Shown here piece after piece: positions 52,972-64,000 of a stretch of DNA of 64,000 bases. The DNA is taken from contig CT868085.1 of assembly GCA_000165425.1 (NCBI GenBank), positions 310,001 to 374,000 of the forward strand. Reading direction: 5' to 3'. Position 1 is the stretch's first letter. The number at the start of each line of letters is the position of its first letter. The stretch is from Paramecium tetraurelia. Lineage: Eukaryota. Below the pieces are notes generated by a model. The model had not been told where the DNA came from. It searched no databases and saw only the letters and a program-made list of their open reading frames with translations. Made by a program: the position numbers and the translations under genes.

Positions 52972-54400
52972 TCAATAAAATATACCTTATACGAAATATT
53001 AAAATTTATCATACCTAAGATAAACAAAAATAATTCCCGTCTAGCTCTCCACCCTAGACATAAACAAATAATTCAGCATCAGAAGCCACTCTTGGGTTAA
53101 ATCTATTTTCTAATTCTTTTAAAGCAACTTCACTTTTCTAGAACAGGCAATGTGGTTCCATGTCCTGTGTACATCATTTTACCAATAATAGTATTTTATT
53201 TTTAATATTTTTAGCAAGCATTCAATCCTCTAAAAATGTATTTCATAAATACTAATAAAATATATTCTTAAAACAAAGCTCTTCCTAGAACTGTTATATA
53301 ATCTGATAATATCTTAAATGGTACTTTCCCTTCAAATTTCATTACTTTACCTGGTATAGATAAAACAAATCCAAAATCAATATGAATCAGATGGCCTTCA
53401 TCATCTAATAATATATTTCCATCATTTCTGTCTTTTACTTATAAAAAATAGCAAACTAAAGAGTAGGCTGTAAGTGATTAAACATAAATTTATAATGCTT
53501 ATTAAATGTTGTTTCTAAAATGATCTAAAAAATCAGAGAAATCAATAAATTAAGCAAACTTCTTTTATAGATTCTTTTACAAACTATCAATAGTGGTAGC
53601 ATTTTTAATCATCTCTATCATACCAAAATCAGCTCCTTAATTAAATTTCATAAAATCTTAATTTTAAAGGCAAACCTTCCTTCTTAAAAATTAATCAAAT
53701 TAACAAATCAATTATGAAGTAAACTGCTCTTATGTTAAATTATCTCCTGTTTTTATGATCATATAAACTAATTTCTAAGATTTCAAAGCTTAAAAAGGAC
53801 TTTTATCTTTTAGTCTTTCTTGTAAGCCAAAGAATTTTCTCCAAAGATAGCTTATTTGATATCTATGTATTCTTACCAACTCAATACTAGATCTTACAAA
53901 TAACTGACTCAACTATTAAAAAGTAAAATGAATCCTCACAATATCATTTGTTTTGCATTACAGCTGATGTGAATTAATTCGAATCAATTTATATGTCATG
54001 CTCTTCAACTTATATATTAAAATCTTAAATCAAAACATGTTGCCTTTTTGATTTTACTTCCGAATTTAATAAAGTAATATCTCCAAATTTAACTTTGCAT
54101 GCCTTGATCTTAGATTTAATCAATTGCTTTGGAATTGGAGCATAGTTTTTCTACTCCTAATACCAACTATTTGGATTCCATAATGATCCAGCTCCTTATC
54201 GTTTTGCAAACAGTTATCTTATTTATGAAGTCACAAAAATTGCAGGTTTCATTTCTAATTTCATTAGAATATAGAACTTTTTTTTTAATGAAATTAATTA
54301 AAAATATGTTTCATTGAAGTCTTAGGAATACTTTCTTCTTTAATTATTTATCATATATTCTTCTGCTATTTCCGTAATTCATAATGTTATTATAATACTT
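52972..54400 (-). pseudogene. phosphatidylinositol 4-kinase (type III) pseudogene
   Basis: [45 protein letters not shown] and YDKFQYFVQGIFY-stop are recognisable, with several frameshifts, an in-frame TGA after GHGTTLP and a decayed 5' end. Confidence 0.8.
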
Positions 54401-55086
54401 GAGGATGTCCTAAAAACAACTATTTTATTTATAAATTTAATTAAAATGTATTTTTAATTAAATTCAAAGACATGTAAACCTAATAATATTATTAGGTATC
54501 AGTTTTGAAAATAATATTGAAAACAAAAAATAACTTATTAATAGAAACAAAAATAATGTGATTCAAAATTTGAATATTGTTCAACTCTTTTGATGCCCAT
54601 TAAAGCTATAAATTTTCAATAATGATAATAAGTGATGAAGTTATCAAATTGAATGAAATTAATATTGGAAAGCATTATTTACTCTAGATTATAGTCATAG
54701 GAGGTCAATAAAGCAATTATCTAAATTTTCAAATAAGATAATTTGGATAAATGAAATTTAATGCCCATATTATATATTATGATTTTTGATAAATTTTATT
54801 TTTGTTGGATTTTTTTGTTTAAAAAGTTAATAATGCCTAGCAAAGCCTTTGAATTAAGCCGAATTGCCTCTTAAGGTCTTTTCTTTAGTTAAATTATTAT
54901 TTATTTTTTTTTCTTAAAGAAATTCATTCAAATATATTACTGAATATATATAAATAATATATCTAATTGCCTTTGTTTATCCTTGTGTAACACTGAATAT
55001 ATGGATTTGAAATAGTTTGTATTTTGAGTTTCATATTCTTAAGAGGCTTACTTTGAAATCAACATTATTTTTTTATATAAATAGTA

Positions 55087-57783
55087 ATGGAAGAGATTTT
55101 AGTGTCATAGAGAATGGGACCATCTGCACTGACTCAATAACTATCGTCTAAATAGGAATCGCCTTGCAACCTAATGCTAGAAGACGATTATCAAATAGAA
55201 AGCCAAAGAGATATGATAGAGAACAAGAGCATAGATATGAATATGTCAAGATTCGAGAGTAGAGTAATAAAATAGTATAATAAAAGACTGAATTTAAGAA
55301 ACATGCATAATTTTTAACAAATAGAGCACTAAGAACAATTTAAACATAAAAATAATCTCATTTTTTGCAAAGCTATAAATTATAGTAACATGTTCATCGA
55401 TTTATAAATAACTTATTCACAAACTCATACATTCTTAGAAATACTCAAAAATAGAAAATTACTGATAAGCTACTTGAAAAATAATTTATTAGTTAACATA
55501 GAAAAAAAGGTATTTAAAATATTAATAATTAAGATTATGAAAATAAATCAGTTATCCCAATATTCTTACCTTCCACAAATTCAATAATGATATGGGATAT
55601 TTTCGGATTTATATGTAATCTAATGATGCTCTGGTTGACTCCATTTTTGGGAGCATTTAACAATTATTATAACGAGACAATATCAGTCTTACAATAAATT
55701 ATTTTAATATAGTTAATTTTAGATTTTTTTGCACAATTTAATAGAGGAATATTTGTGTCTGCAGTTCTGATAACTAATAGGAAGAAAATAATTACGTAAT
55801 ACTTAAAATCTAATGCTTTATCTGATTTCTTAAGAATGGTCATTTGGATTGACATCAAATATTAGATATTATTTACTTTTTGTTTTGAGATAATAATAGT
55901 TTTATAAATCATACTAATATACTAAAAGATACTTAGATATCTATAGGAATATTATTATTAATATATCTATTCAAAAAGAGGATAAAACTTTATTTTAGAT
56001 TTAGTTTAGTTGATCATTCAAATTTACTATTTTGCACATATCATAGCTTGTGTCTGGCATTACGTAGGCGAGAATACTTATTATTTACACAATTCTTGGA
56101 TTCTTGAAAACCAATTAAATGAAGAAACTGTTTGGAATAGATATAATTCAGCATTTTATTGGGCAACTATGACAATGACAACTGTAGGGTATGGAGACTT
56201 TTCAGCAAGAAACTAAATTGAAATGTTGGTGTCCTCTTTTATAATGTTTTTTTCAAGTTATGCTTTTGCTTATACCATGAGTTCGATTGGAATAATTCTA
56301 AAAAATGTTTATGATACAAAACAAACATATAAGTATAATTACAAGTATAATTAGAAAGAACTTAATTTAAATGATTTAATATATGAGTAAGAACTAAGTT
56401 GATGAATCTACTTAGGGAAGAATTAGAAATTACTTGAGATTCTAATAAGCGCAAGAAAAGAAAGAAAACTAAGATGAAATTACCAACCTTATTAATCAAT
56501 TGCCTAAAAATTTACAACAAGATTTAAATGCAGATATATAATCTCGGGTGATCAAAAAAATGAAACTCATAATAAATCATTTCTCTAAATACACATAATA
56601 ACAGGTTGCTAAAAACCTTGAGTTAGTTTCCTTTATTCCAGGAGATTTCATTTATAAATAAGGTGATTAGCATGAAGATAATTTGTATAATTTTATTTGA
56701 TTTAAGATATTTCTTATAGAGTGGAGATGTGATTTTAATGGAATGTCAAACTGAGTAAAATCTAAGATCTGTAAAGAATTCATAATATTTGGGATATTAT
56801 TCCTTTTTTACTGGGTTTACTCCAAAAGAAACCGCTATTTGTCAAAGTCCAAGTGAACTATATAAAATCAGCAGAAAGAAATTCCTTGATATTGTGCGTT
56901 AGAATTAAAAAGACTTCGAAATCTTCCATCATATCAAAGAGAAGTTGATTTTTTCAACAAATTACGTCCTCTTTGATCATAAATGCAACTTTTGTAACAG
57001 GTATATACATTAAGAAATTGATTGTCCTTTAATTTAATATAAACCTGATTTAGAAGCTATTTTGAAGAAAGAAAACTTTAATCAGATAGTAAATCTCAGA
57101 AGATTAGTTATCAGAACAAAAAGAAAACATCATGCATTAGGATAACATCAACCAATTGAACAATAACTAAAAATATTTCAGTAAGACAATCAATTTTGTG
57201 AGGATACTGACTCTGATTAGGAAGGCAAGTTTGGAAACCAGAAATCATTTTTTTCTGAATAATAATAAAGAAGTTCATCTTAATTATTATAAACTGAAGA
57301 TGATGGACACTTTGAAAATACTCCTCCAAGATAAAATCAAAAAAGAGCAACTTAACATTATGGTCCACTAAAATTATAAAAAAGTATGCTATTATTTTTC
57401 AATTAGTGTCATCTTTTTCGAAATAGAAACTAGGATAGGTTGAATAGAAATCTTCACAAAGGAGAATGATTATTTAAAATGAAGAGTAAATGGCATTAAA
57501 AAATTATTGTATGATTGAGGAAGTGTAATTATTATTGTAAAAATAATTTAAATCCTCTTTTAATTTGGATAAAGTATGTAATACTTTTCGAAGTTATATG
57601 CCTTTATATACAATTGAATCATAGATTAAAGAATTACAAAAAGTTCAAAAGAAAAAATAAAAAAGATTTTGGAAATAGAATGAAAAACTTGGAAAATATA
57701 CTTTCTCTAATAATGTAAAAGTTTTGACACTAAAGATACTCAACTAAAGCAAATATACAAGTAAAAATATTAGCTAAATTTGA
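55087..57783 (+). CDS. CNBD-containing voltage-gated K+ channel (EAG/HCN-like ciliate family)
   Basis: YFAHIIACVWHYVG, pore YWATMTMTTVGYGD, C-linker, CNBD FIPGDFIYKQGD...FGYYSFFTG. Confidence 0.93.
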
Positions 57784-58033
57784 TATAAATTATAGAATTA
57801 TTGATTATATAATAAAAATAATATTCAAACAAATAAATTATTTCGTATATATTCTCTTTGTAAATTGAGATTATGTTGAAATCATCATAATATAAATGTT
57901 GAAAAGATCGATTTCATTTACTTAATTCAATCTTAAATTGAAGTACTTCTCATAAAAAAAAATAGAGCATAGAAATTAACTAAGGCACATTTGTAATTAG
58001 TGAAAATTATATTTATTATCTTAATTTGTATCA

Positions 58034-60794
58034 ATGAATTCATTGTCTCAGTAATTTAATCTCGAATCGACTGATTAAAACTTTTGTGGCCCGAAAATAA
58101 AGTTGGATGACAATAGACTTATATATGTTCAAAAACAGTCATCTCATGACTTATTCAAAAGTTCACTGTTTCAAATATCAAATGATTACATAGAAGTTGC
58201 CTAAACCCCATTTCCTTAATTTTAGTCAGCAAAAAATAATAGAGTGACTCGCAGGATGGTAAAAAAATGATATTTAATATAAGTTAACAAGAAAAAACAA
58301 ATAGGATGTTAATCTAAAATTAGTTGATAACTTGGTTTTCAAGAATTTGACAAAAGAGAGGTTAGTTAAACAGTTCAAGCGCAATTTATTTTTGCGTTCA
58401 TATGTGATGAGTTAGGAATATAAAGATGTAATTCAAAATCATTTTAAATATGAATAAAATAGCTCAAAAAGGGTGGAATGTATTTTAAATTTGATAATAA
58501 ATAGTTAATTCATAAGTGTAAGATAAATAAATTTTTCTAATTCCTGGGAGTAAAGTAACTTTGATTTTAGATCTTTTGTCTTTATTAATCAAGATATTAT
58601 GTCTCTGGGTATCCCCATTAATAGTATCCTTCAGACCAGAATATCATATTTTCAAGTGGTTCTAAATAGGGATAATGTTTCAAATATTTATTGAAATCTT
58701 CATCTAAACCAACAGGCCAATAAATATTTCAGGCGAAACAATAACTAATCAGAAAAAGATCCTTACTAACTATTTGACAAATCATTTGTTTGAAGATATT
58801 ATTGATATCAGCTGCTGGGTCATTTAGTACTTAAACATCAATAATATTTCTAATAGCGTTGCATGTGGATTAATAATTTTAGTTTCATTCAAAAAGATGT
58901 TGAAAAACTATTCCAATTGCAACGAGACTATGTTTTTAAAAGGAAGCTTTAATTATGCTTTGGATATATTTACTTTGATCATCACCATCCTTTCTTTTGC
59001 TCATGTAATGGCTTGCATTCTTCATTATGTCGGATAATTGACTGTGAACACAGGTCAATCATGGTTATTGAAATACTAGATTGACGATGCATCCATATGG
59101 GTGTAATATAATTATTCTATTTATTGGGCTATCATGACAATGGTTACAGTGGGATATGGAGACATAACAGCAGCAAATTAATATGAGATGTTCTTAATAA
59201 ATTGTATGATGCTTTTAAGTAGTGGAATGTTTGCATATTCCATGAACAGCATTGGAATGATTTTGAAGAACAACTATGATATTCAATAGAGATATAAGTA
59301 AAAATAATGTTTATCAATAGGAGAAGCTTAATACAGATCAACAACTATATGAAGAAAGGCTAATTAAACTAGACTATTTAAAATAGGGTAAGAAATTATG
59401 TTAAACATTATATACAAACAGAATTCAATGAAAATTATGGGGAGGTTAGGGAAATTATTAGTCATTTGCCTTCTAAATTAAGATAAGAATTAACAATGGG
59501 CATACAAATGAATATCATGGAGAAGATATTAGTTCTAAATCACAATTTTTCACAATCAATTTTAAAATAATTATCTCAAAAAATAGAATAAGTTAAATAC
59601 ATTCCAGATGAAGTCATTTACAACAACGGCGATTTGGAAGATTAGTACCTGTAAACATTTATAATATCTAGATATTACTTATAAGAGGGACAAGTCTTAT
59701 TATGTGAAGAGAGGAGCAATAAAGTCTTACAAACCATTAAGTTAGGAGAGACATTTGGAGAACATTAGTTTTTCACCGGATTTCCAGCGAAAACGTAAGC
59801 AATCAGTTATGGTCATTCAATCTTATATCGAATTCATAGAAACTCATTAATTAAGTTATTTAATAGTGTAAGCAACAAGGATTTTTAAAGATTTCATAAT
59901 ATTAAGGACAATATTATCTATTTGAATAATTATTAAGTAATCTTAAAGAAATGCAATATTTGCAATTTGTACAATCATATTAATATCGAATGCCCTTTAA
60001 TCACTTATAGACCAGATCGATTTAGAGTAGTAATGTAGCCGGATAAAAACTGCTAGAAAGAAATGAAGAGAAAAAAGTTCAAAAGGGCTGGGGATAAAAT
60101 AAATTCTTTAGCCATGAATAGCAAAGTAGTTGAATCTGTATAGGAGTTTACTTAAACTTAATCAATGACCAATTTTCATGAAATTGAAGATACAAATTAA
60201 TAACTTAATCCTAAAATTTATAGTGGTCACAATCAATAAAACACATAAGGAATAAGCAGTAAATTGATGATAGATTATAAATAATAAAGCAAAGACTTTT
60301 TCAATTTTGATAAATAAAGTTCTGAATAATAAGTTGAAATGCCTCAAAGACCTCCGAGAATTTCTATATCAGGATTATAAAATTTGATTAAAAGAAAAGT
60401 AATACATAACGCATTGAAAAAAGATCTTAATAAATAATAATCAAAATAATCTTTTAATAGAGCCCCATCCCTTCGAAAATAGTAATCAAATGCGAGGTAG
60501 TCTTCTAAACATCTAACAAAAGATGAATTGGAAGGCCATCCGAGCGAATTGGATTAGAAAGAATTTAATTAACTGGAATATATATAATCGCACCCGTAAT
60601 AAATTAGCTTTTCAGTTGATCACTATTATAACTATTAAGGATATATGTAAAATGATAATCTCCTGTAAGTTATAAAGAAGTATGACAAAAATAAAATGAA
60701 AAATTCGAGATTGTGGAACCCATTTAAAAATTCTAAAAATTCTGATGGAGGCATATTTGGATCAATGGAATACTCAATTGTAATGAATAAATGA
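58034..60794 (+). CDS. second CNBD-containing K+ channel, tandem paralog
   Basis: FAHVMACILHYVG, pore YWAIMTMVTVGYGD, CNBD YIPDEVIYNNGD...GETFGEHQFFTG. Confidence 0.93.
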
Positions 60795-61468
60795 ATATTA
60801 TTAATTTATTTAATTTCTACAATAATAACAATTATTTTAGTAACATATTATTTACATTCCTATTTTATTTACGTATTAAAATTAGCATAAGGCAAATTAC
60901 AAATAAAGAAGTTATCTCTATACTCTTCAATGTTCATTTGAAGATTTTGGATGTTTTTTTAATTTAAATCTATATACACAACTTTGAGATTTTATATAAT
61001 ATTATAACCCTAAGAGAGTATCTTTGATTTTATTTATGGTTCTTAGTATAAATTCTAACAATTCTGTTATATAGTACTAGGAGAGATTGAGGTGTAAACC
61101 AATAGATATTAAATAGTTTGAAAACTTTTGTTTTTGAATATGTTTGATTTAATTACTTAGCTGCTCTATATTAGAATTAATGATGCATTTTTGAACATAT
61201 AAATTCTAAATTGCAAATCTATTCAAACATCTAAATAACGATGAAGTTTATTATTTAAGTTACAAATAAATTACTTTCACACCTTAAATTATTTATCAAT
61301 TTTTTATATTTATGAGCGAATATGAAGAGTTTAACTTAAATACAAAAATAATAATAGAGAACAGAATTTGATATTTTGCAATTGATAACAATTATTCTAT
61401 TCAATAATAATGATAAGGCATTAGATAACAAATATATCAAGTAAAAATTATATTTATATATTAATAAA

Positions 61469-62292
61469 ATGAATTATAATTTGGAAGAAAATGAATAAGA
61501 GTTTCTTGAAAATAGGTCACCAAGAAACGAAGAAGAAGAAGTGGACCAAAAAAATGAAGAAGAAGGTGCTTAGAATACATAAAATTTAAAGAAAAAGAAA
61601 AAAATATAATAGTTTAAATTGAAACCTGAATAAATTACGGACCCGTAAAAAGGAGTGCTTTTTTTATTTAATTTGTGTAAAGATTATCGGTTTGGCAATG
61701 ATGAACTTGATGAATTAAACAAGTATATGCATGTAATAGAAGAATGGCACTATTAAGTAATGCCTAAATACGACTTTGATTATTTTACAAATAGATTATA
61801 AAAATTTGGAGGGAATAATAGTGTTTAAGTAATATTTCTTCTTACTTTTAGACTCATCTATAATTCCTTAGGAAGGCTTACAAAGGTCTGATTCCATGGC
61901 ATTTTGTCCTTAATCCATTGGGAGAGCAACCTATTAATGACCTTTTAAACAATTAAACCATTAATGAAAGCATAGTTAATAATTCAGCAATAATGTAGGA
62001 AGAATAGCCCTATCAAAACATACACTAGACTGAATAACATTTTAACTAGCCAGAACAATAATAGTAAGTGATTTCTCTTTCTTCATAAAAGAAACCCTTA
62101 AAATTATCTTTAAAAAAATAGAATGTATCATCATAAGTGAATTCAGTAAAAAAAGAACTTACTGTGCGTTTTAATGATGATGTTTAATATCAAGATGTAC
62201 AGAAGCCTATTTAAGAAGAAAATTTCGATGATTTATTTGAATAATTAGAAGCTGCATATAAAGCCAAAGAAGAGAAAAAAATTGTAAATTGA
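61469..62292 (+). CDS. Swi3/Csm3/TIPIN-like replication fork protection protein
   Basis: KLKPEQITDPQKGV...DELNKYMHVIEEWHYQVMPKYDFDYFTNRLQKFG resembles the Swi3 domain; acidic N-terminus. Confidence 0.7.
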
Positions 62293-62524
62293 GAGAATAG
62301 TATTTTGATAGTAATTCTATTGTTTTTTTGTATATTTATCATATATCCTATTTTGTATTATTTTCATTTTATTAATTTGAAAAGTAATTAAAATAAATGT
62401 GAATCAAAGTAATTGTATATTAAACATATTTCTATAATATTAAAGATCATATTTGTGTTAATAATAAACTATAATAATAATAATAGATGCACAATTTTCT
62501 AAATTTTGTTATAATATTTTATTT

Positions 62525-63381
62525 ATGATAAAATAACTATTTAAATTGAGAGTATTTACTTTTTGCCAAGAAGCAAACTTTGGTTTTAAAAAAGTCAAAC
62601 TTGAAGAAAAATAAGAACATGTCAATTAAGTATTTCACAATGTTGCAAATAAGTATTTATTTATTTGTAAATAGTTACGATTTGATGAATGATTTGATGA
62701 GTGGTGGATTGCATAGATGTTGGAAGAATTCGTTTGTTGAAGAATTAGGATCATTAAAAAATGGAGATTCCTCTATTCGAGTACTAGATGTTGCTGGAGG
62801 TACAGGTGATATTGCATTCCGTATACTTGAGAAACATAAAGGAAATAATTTGTTTAATGAAAATCTAAAAATAACAGTTTTAGATATAAATTAATCCATG
62901 TTGGATGTAGGATAAAAAAGAGCAAATCAATTAGGATTTTAAAATTGTAATATAGTTTTTTGAAACATTAGAAATTGAATTTGTATGTGCAAATGCAGAA
63001 GAATTGCCATTTGAATCAAATACTTTTGATGCTTATACAATAGCCTTTGGAATTAGAAATGTTCCTAGAATTCCTAAAGCAATCGGTGAAGCTCACAGAG
63101 TGTTGAAATAAGGAGGAAAATTCTAATGTTTAGAATTCAGTAAGGTTCAGAATCCAGTTTTATCTTTTTTGAATTAATTTTATTAATTCAATTTAATTCC
63201 AGCTATGGGATAAATAGTGGCCAATGATAGACATTCATATTAATATTTAGTAGAGAGCATAGAAAAGTTCCATAGTCAATAAGATTTATTAAAAATAATA
63301 GAAGATGTTGGCTTTAGATTTGCAGGTTTTAAAAATTATATGGATGGGGTTGTGGCTGTACATTTTGGATTTAAGTTATGA
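62525..63381 (+). CDS. COQ5: ubiquinone biosynthesis C-methyltransferase (COQ5/UbiE)
   Basis: [71 protein letters not shown]. Confidence 0.95.
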
Positions 63382-63414
63382 TGTTAATTTATTAAGTTAA
63401 TTTAATTGCAAATT

Positions 63415-64000
63415 TCAGGTAAAATACTATATTGTCATTGTTATTATTTATTATGATATTAATGGAACCACTTTAAAATTTAAATTTCTTTCATAGCTTA
63501 CTCACTGATTTCAATGATCATCTCCTTCTCATTATAATCAGTCGCATCATATTTTTTGATACAATAATCAAAATATTGTTTGGGCATCTTGTTATCTAAG
63601 GTGTATAATTATTACATTAATTAATATAATAAATTAAACAATAAATAAATGGATTAAAATCACTATAATCTTCTTAATAAAAACACGACTTTGAGTTTTT
63701 CTTTTTATCATTTTTTGGCATAACTTTAAATTTATTTGGTTTAGGCTAGTAAATTCCCTATTGTAAATTACATTACTAATACTTTAAATATTTTGAAGTA
63801 GAGTATCACATTAATCAATGCAATTTTAAATATCTTGAATTGGGGATAGGTTATGTTTTTGAATAAAAAATGCTTAAACATAATTTGATCAGCCATAGTT
63901 TCTAATACTATAGATTGAAGTTTCAGTATGTTCTTCATTCTAGTTGATAATTTATTGAATTGAACTTTAATTACAATCTTTTTATTTGAAAGATGCTATC
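63415..64000 (-). CDS. hypothetical protein, 3' part; begins off the window
   Basis: Open ciliate-code frame ...DNKMPKQYFDYCIKKYDATDYNEKEMIIEIS with a short intron; stop position approximate. Confidence 0.4.

Noticed and set aside
13352..62292. Apparent plant-clock-like set (bZIP, BAH-PHD, CCT, SHAQKY-Myb, Tipin) as a functional cluster
   Set aside because: The genes are scattered over 49 kb among unrelated genes, and there is no evidence of co-regulation; most likely coincidence
1..64000. IESs, transposons, tRNA/rRNA/snoRNA genes, CRISPR arrays
   Set aside because: No transposase motifs, terminal inverted repeats, cloverleafs or repeat-spacer arrays seen. Retained IESs and snoRNAs cannot be excluded by eye and would need MIC/MAC comparison and an Infernal search

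Overview
AT-rich, gene-dense eukaryotic DNA that reads as a ciliate macronuclear chromosome segment, most likely Paramecium. Genes are open only under the ciliate code (TAA/TAG=Gln, TGA=stop) and are split by 20-34 nt GT..AG introns. The supplied standard-code ORF track is therefore mostly fragments or spurious. Reading by hand gives about 35 genes: a RING-finger protein, an FCP/SCP phosphatase, a PH+OSBP lipid-transfer protein, EF-hand, bZIP, IQ+MORN and MFSD1-like proteins, three Ser/Thr kinases, one pseudokinase, a dual-specificity phosphatase, an EBS/SHL-like BAH-PHD reader, a divergent Sec23/24-like protein, a frameshifted CCT-domain gene, a tandem-CNBD protein, a Myb protein, a small Cys-rich GPI-type protein, two tandem CNBD K+ channels, a Swi3/Tipin-like protein and COQ5. 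There is also a decayed PI4-kinase pseudogene and a decayed copy of the MORN gene's 5' region 31 kb downstream. I saw no rRNA, tRNA, telomeric repeat, transposon or CRISPR array, and I cannot support a wholly new multi-gene system. Gene ends were traced manually and may be off by a few codons.
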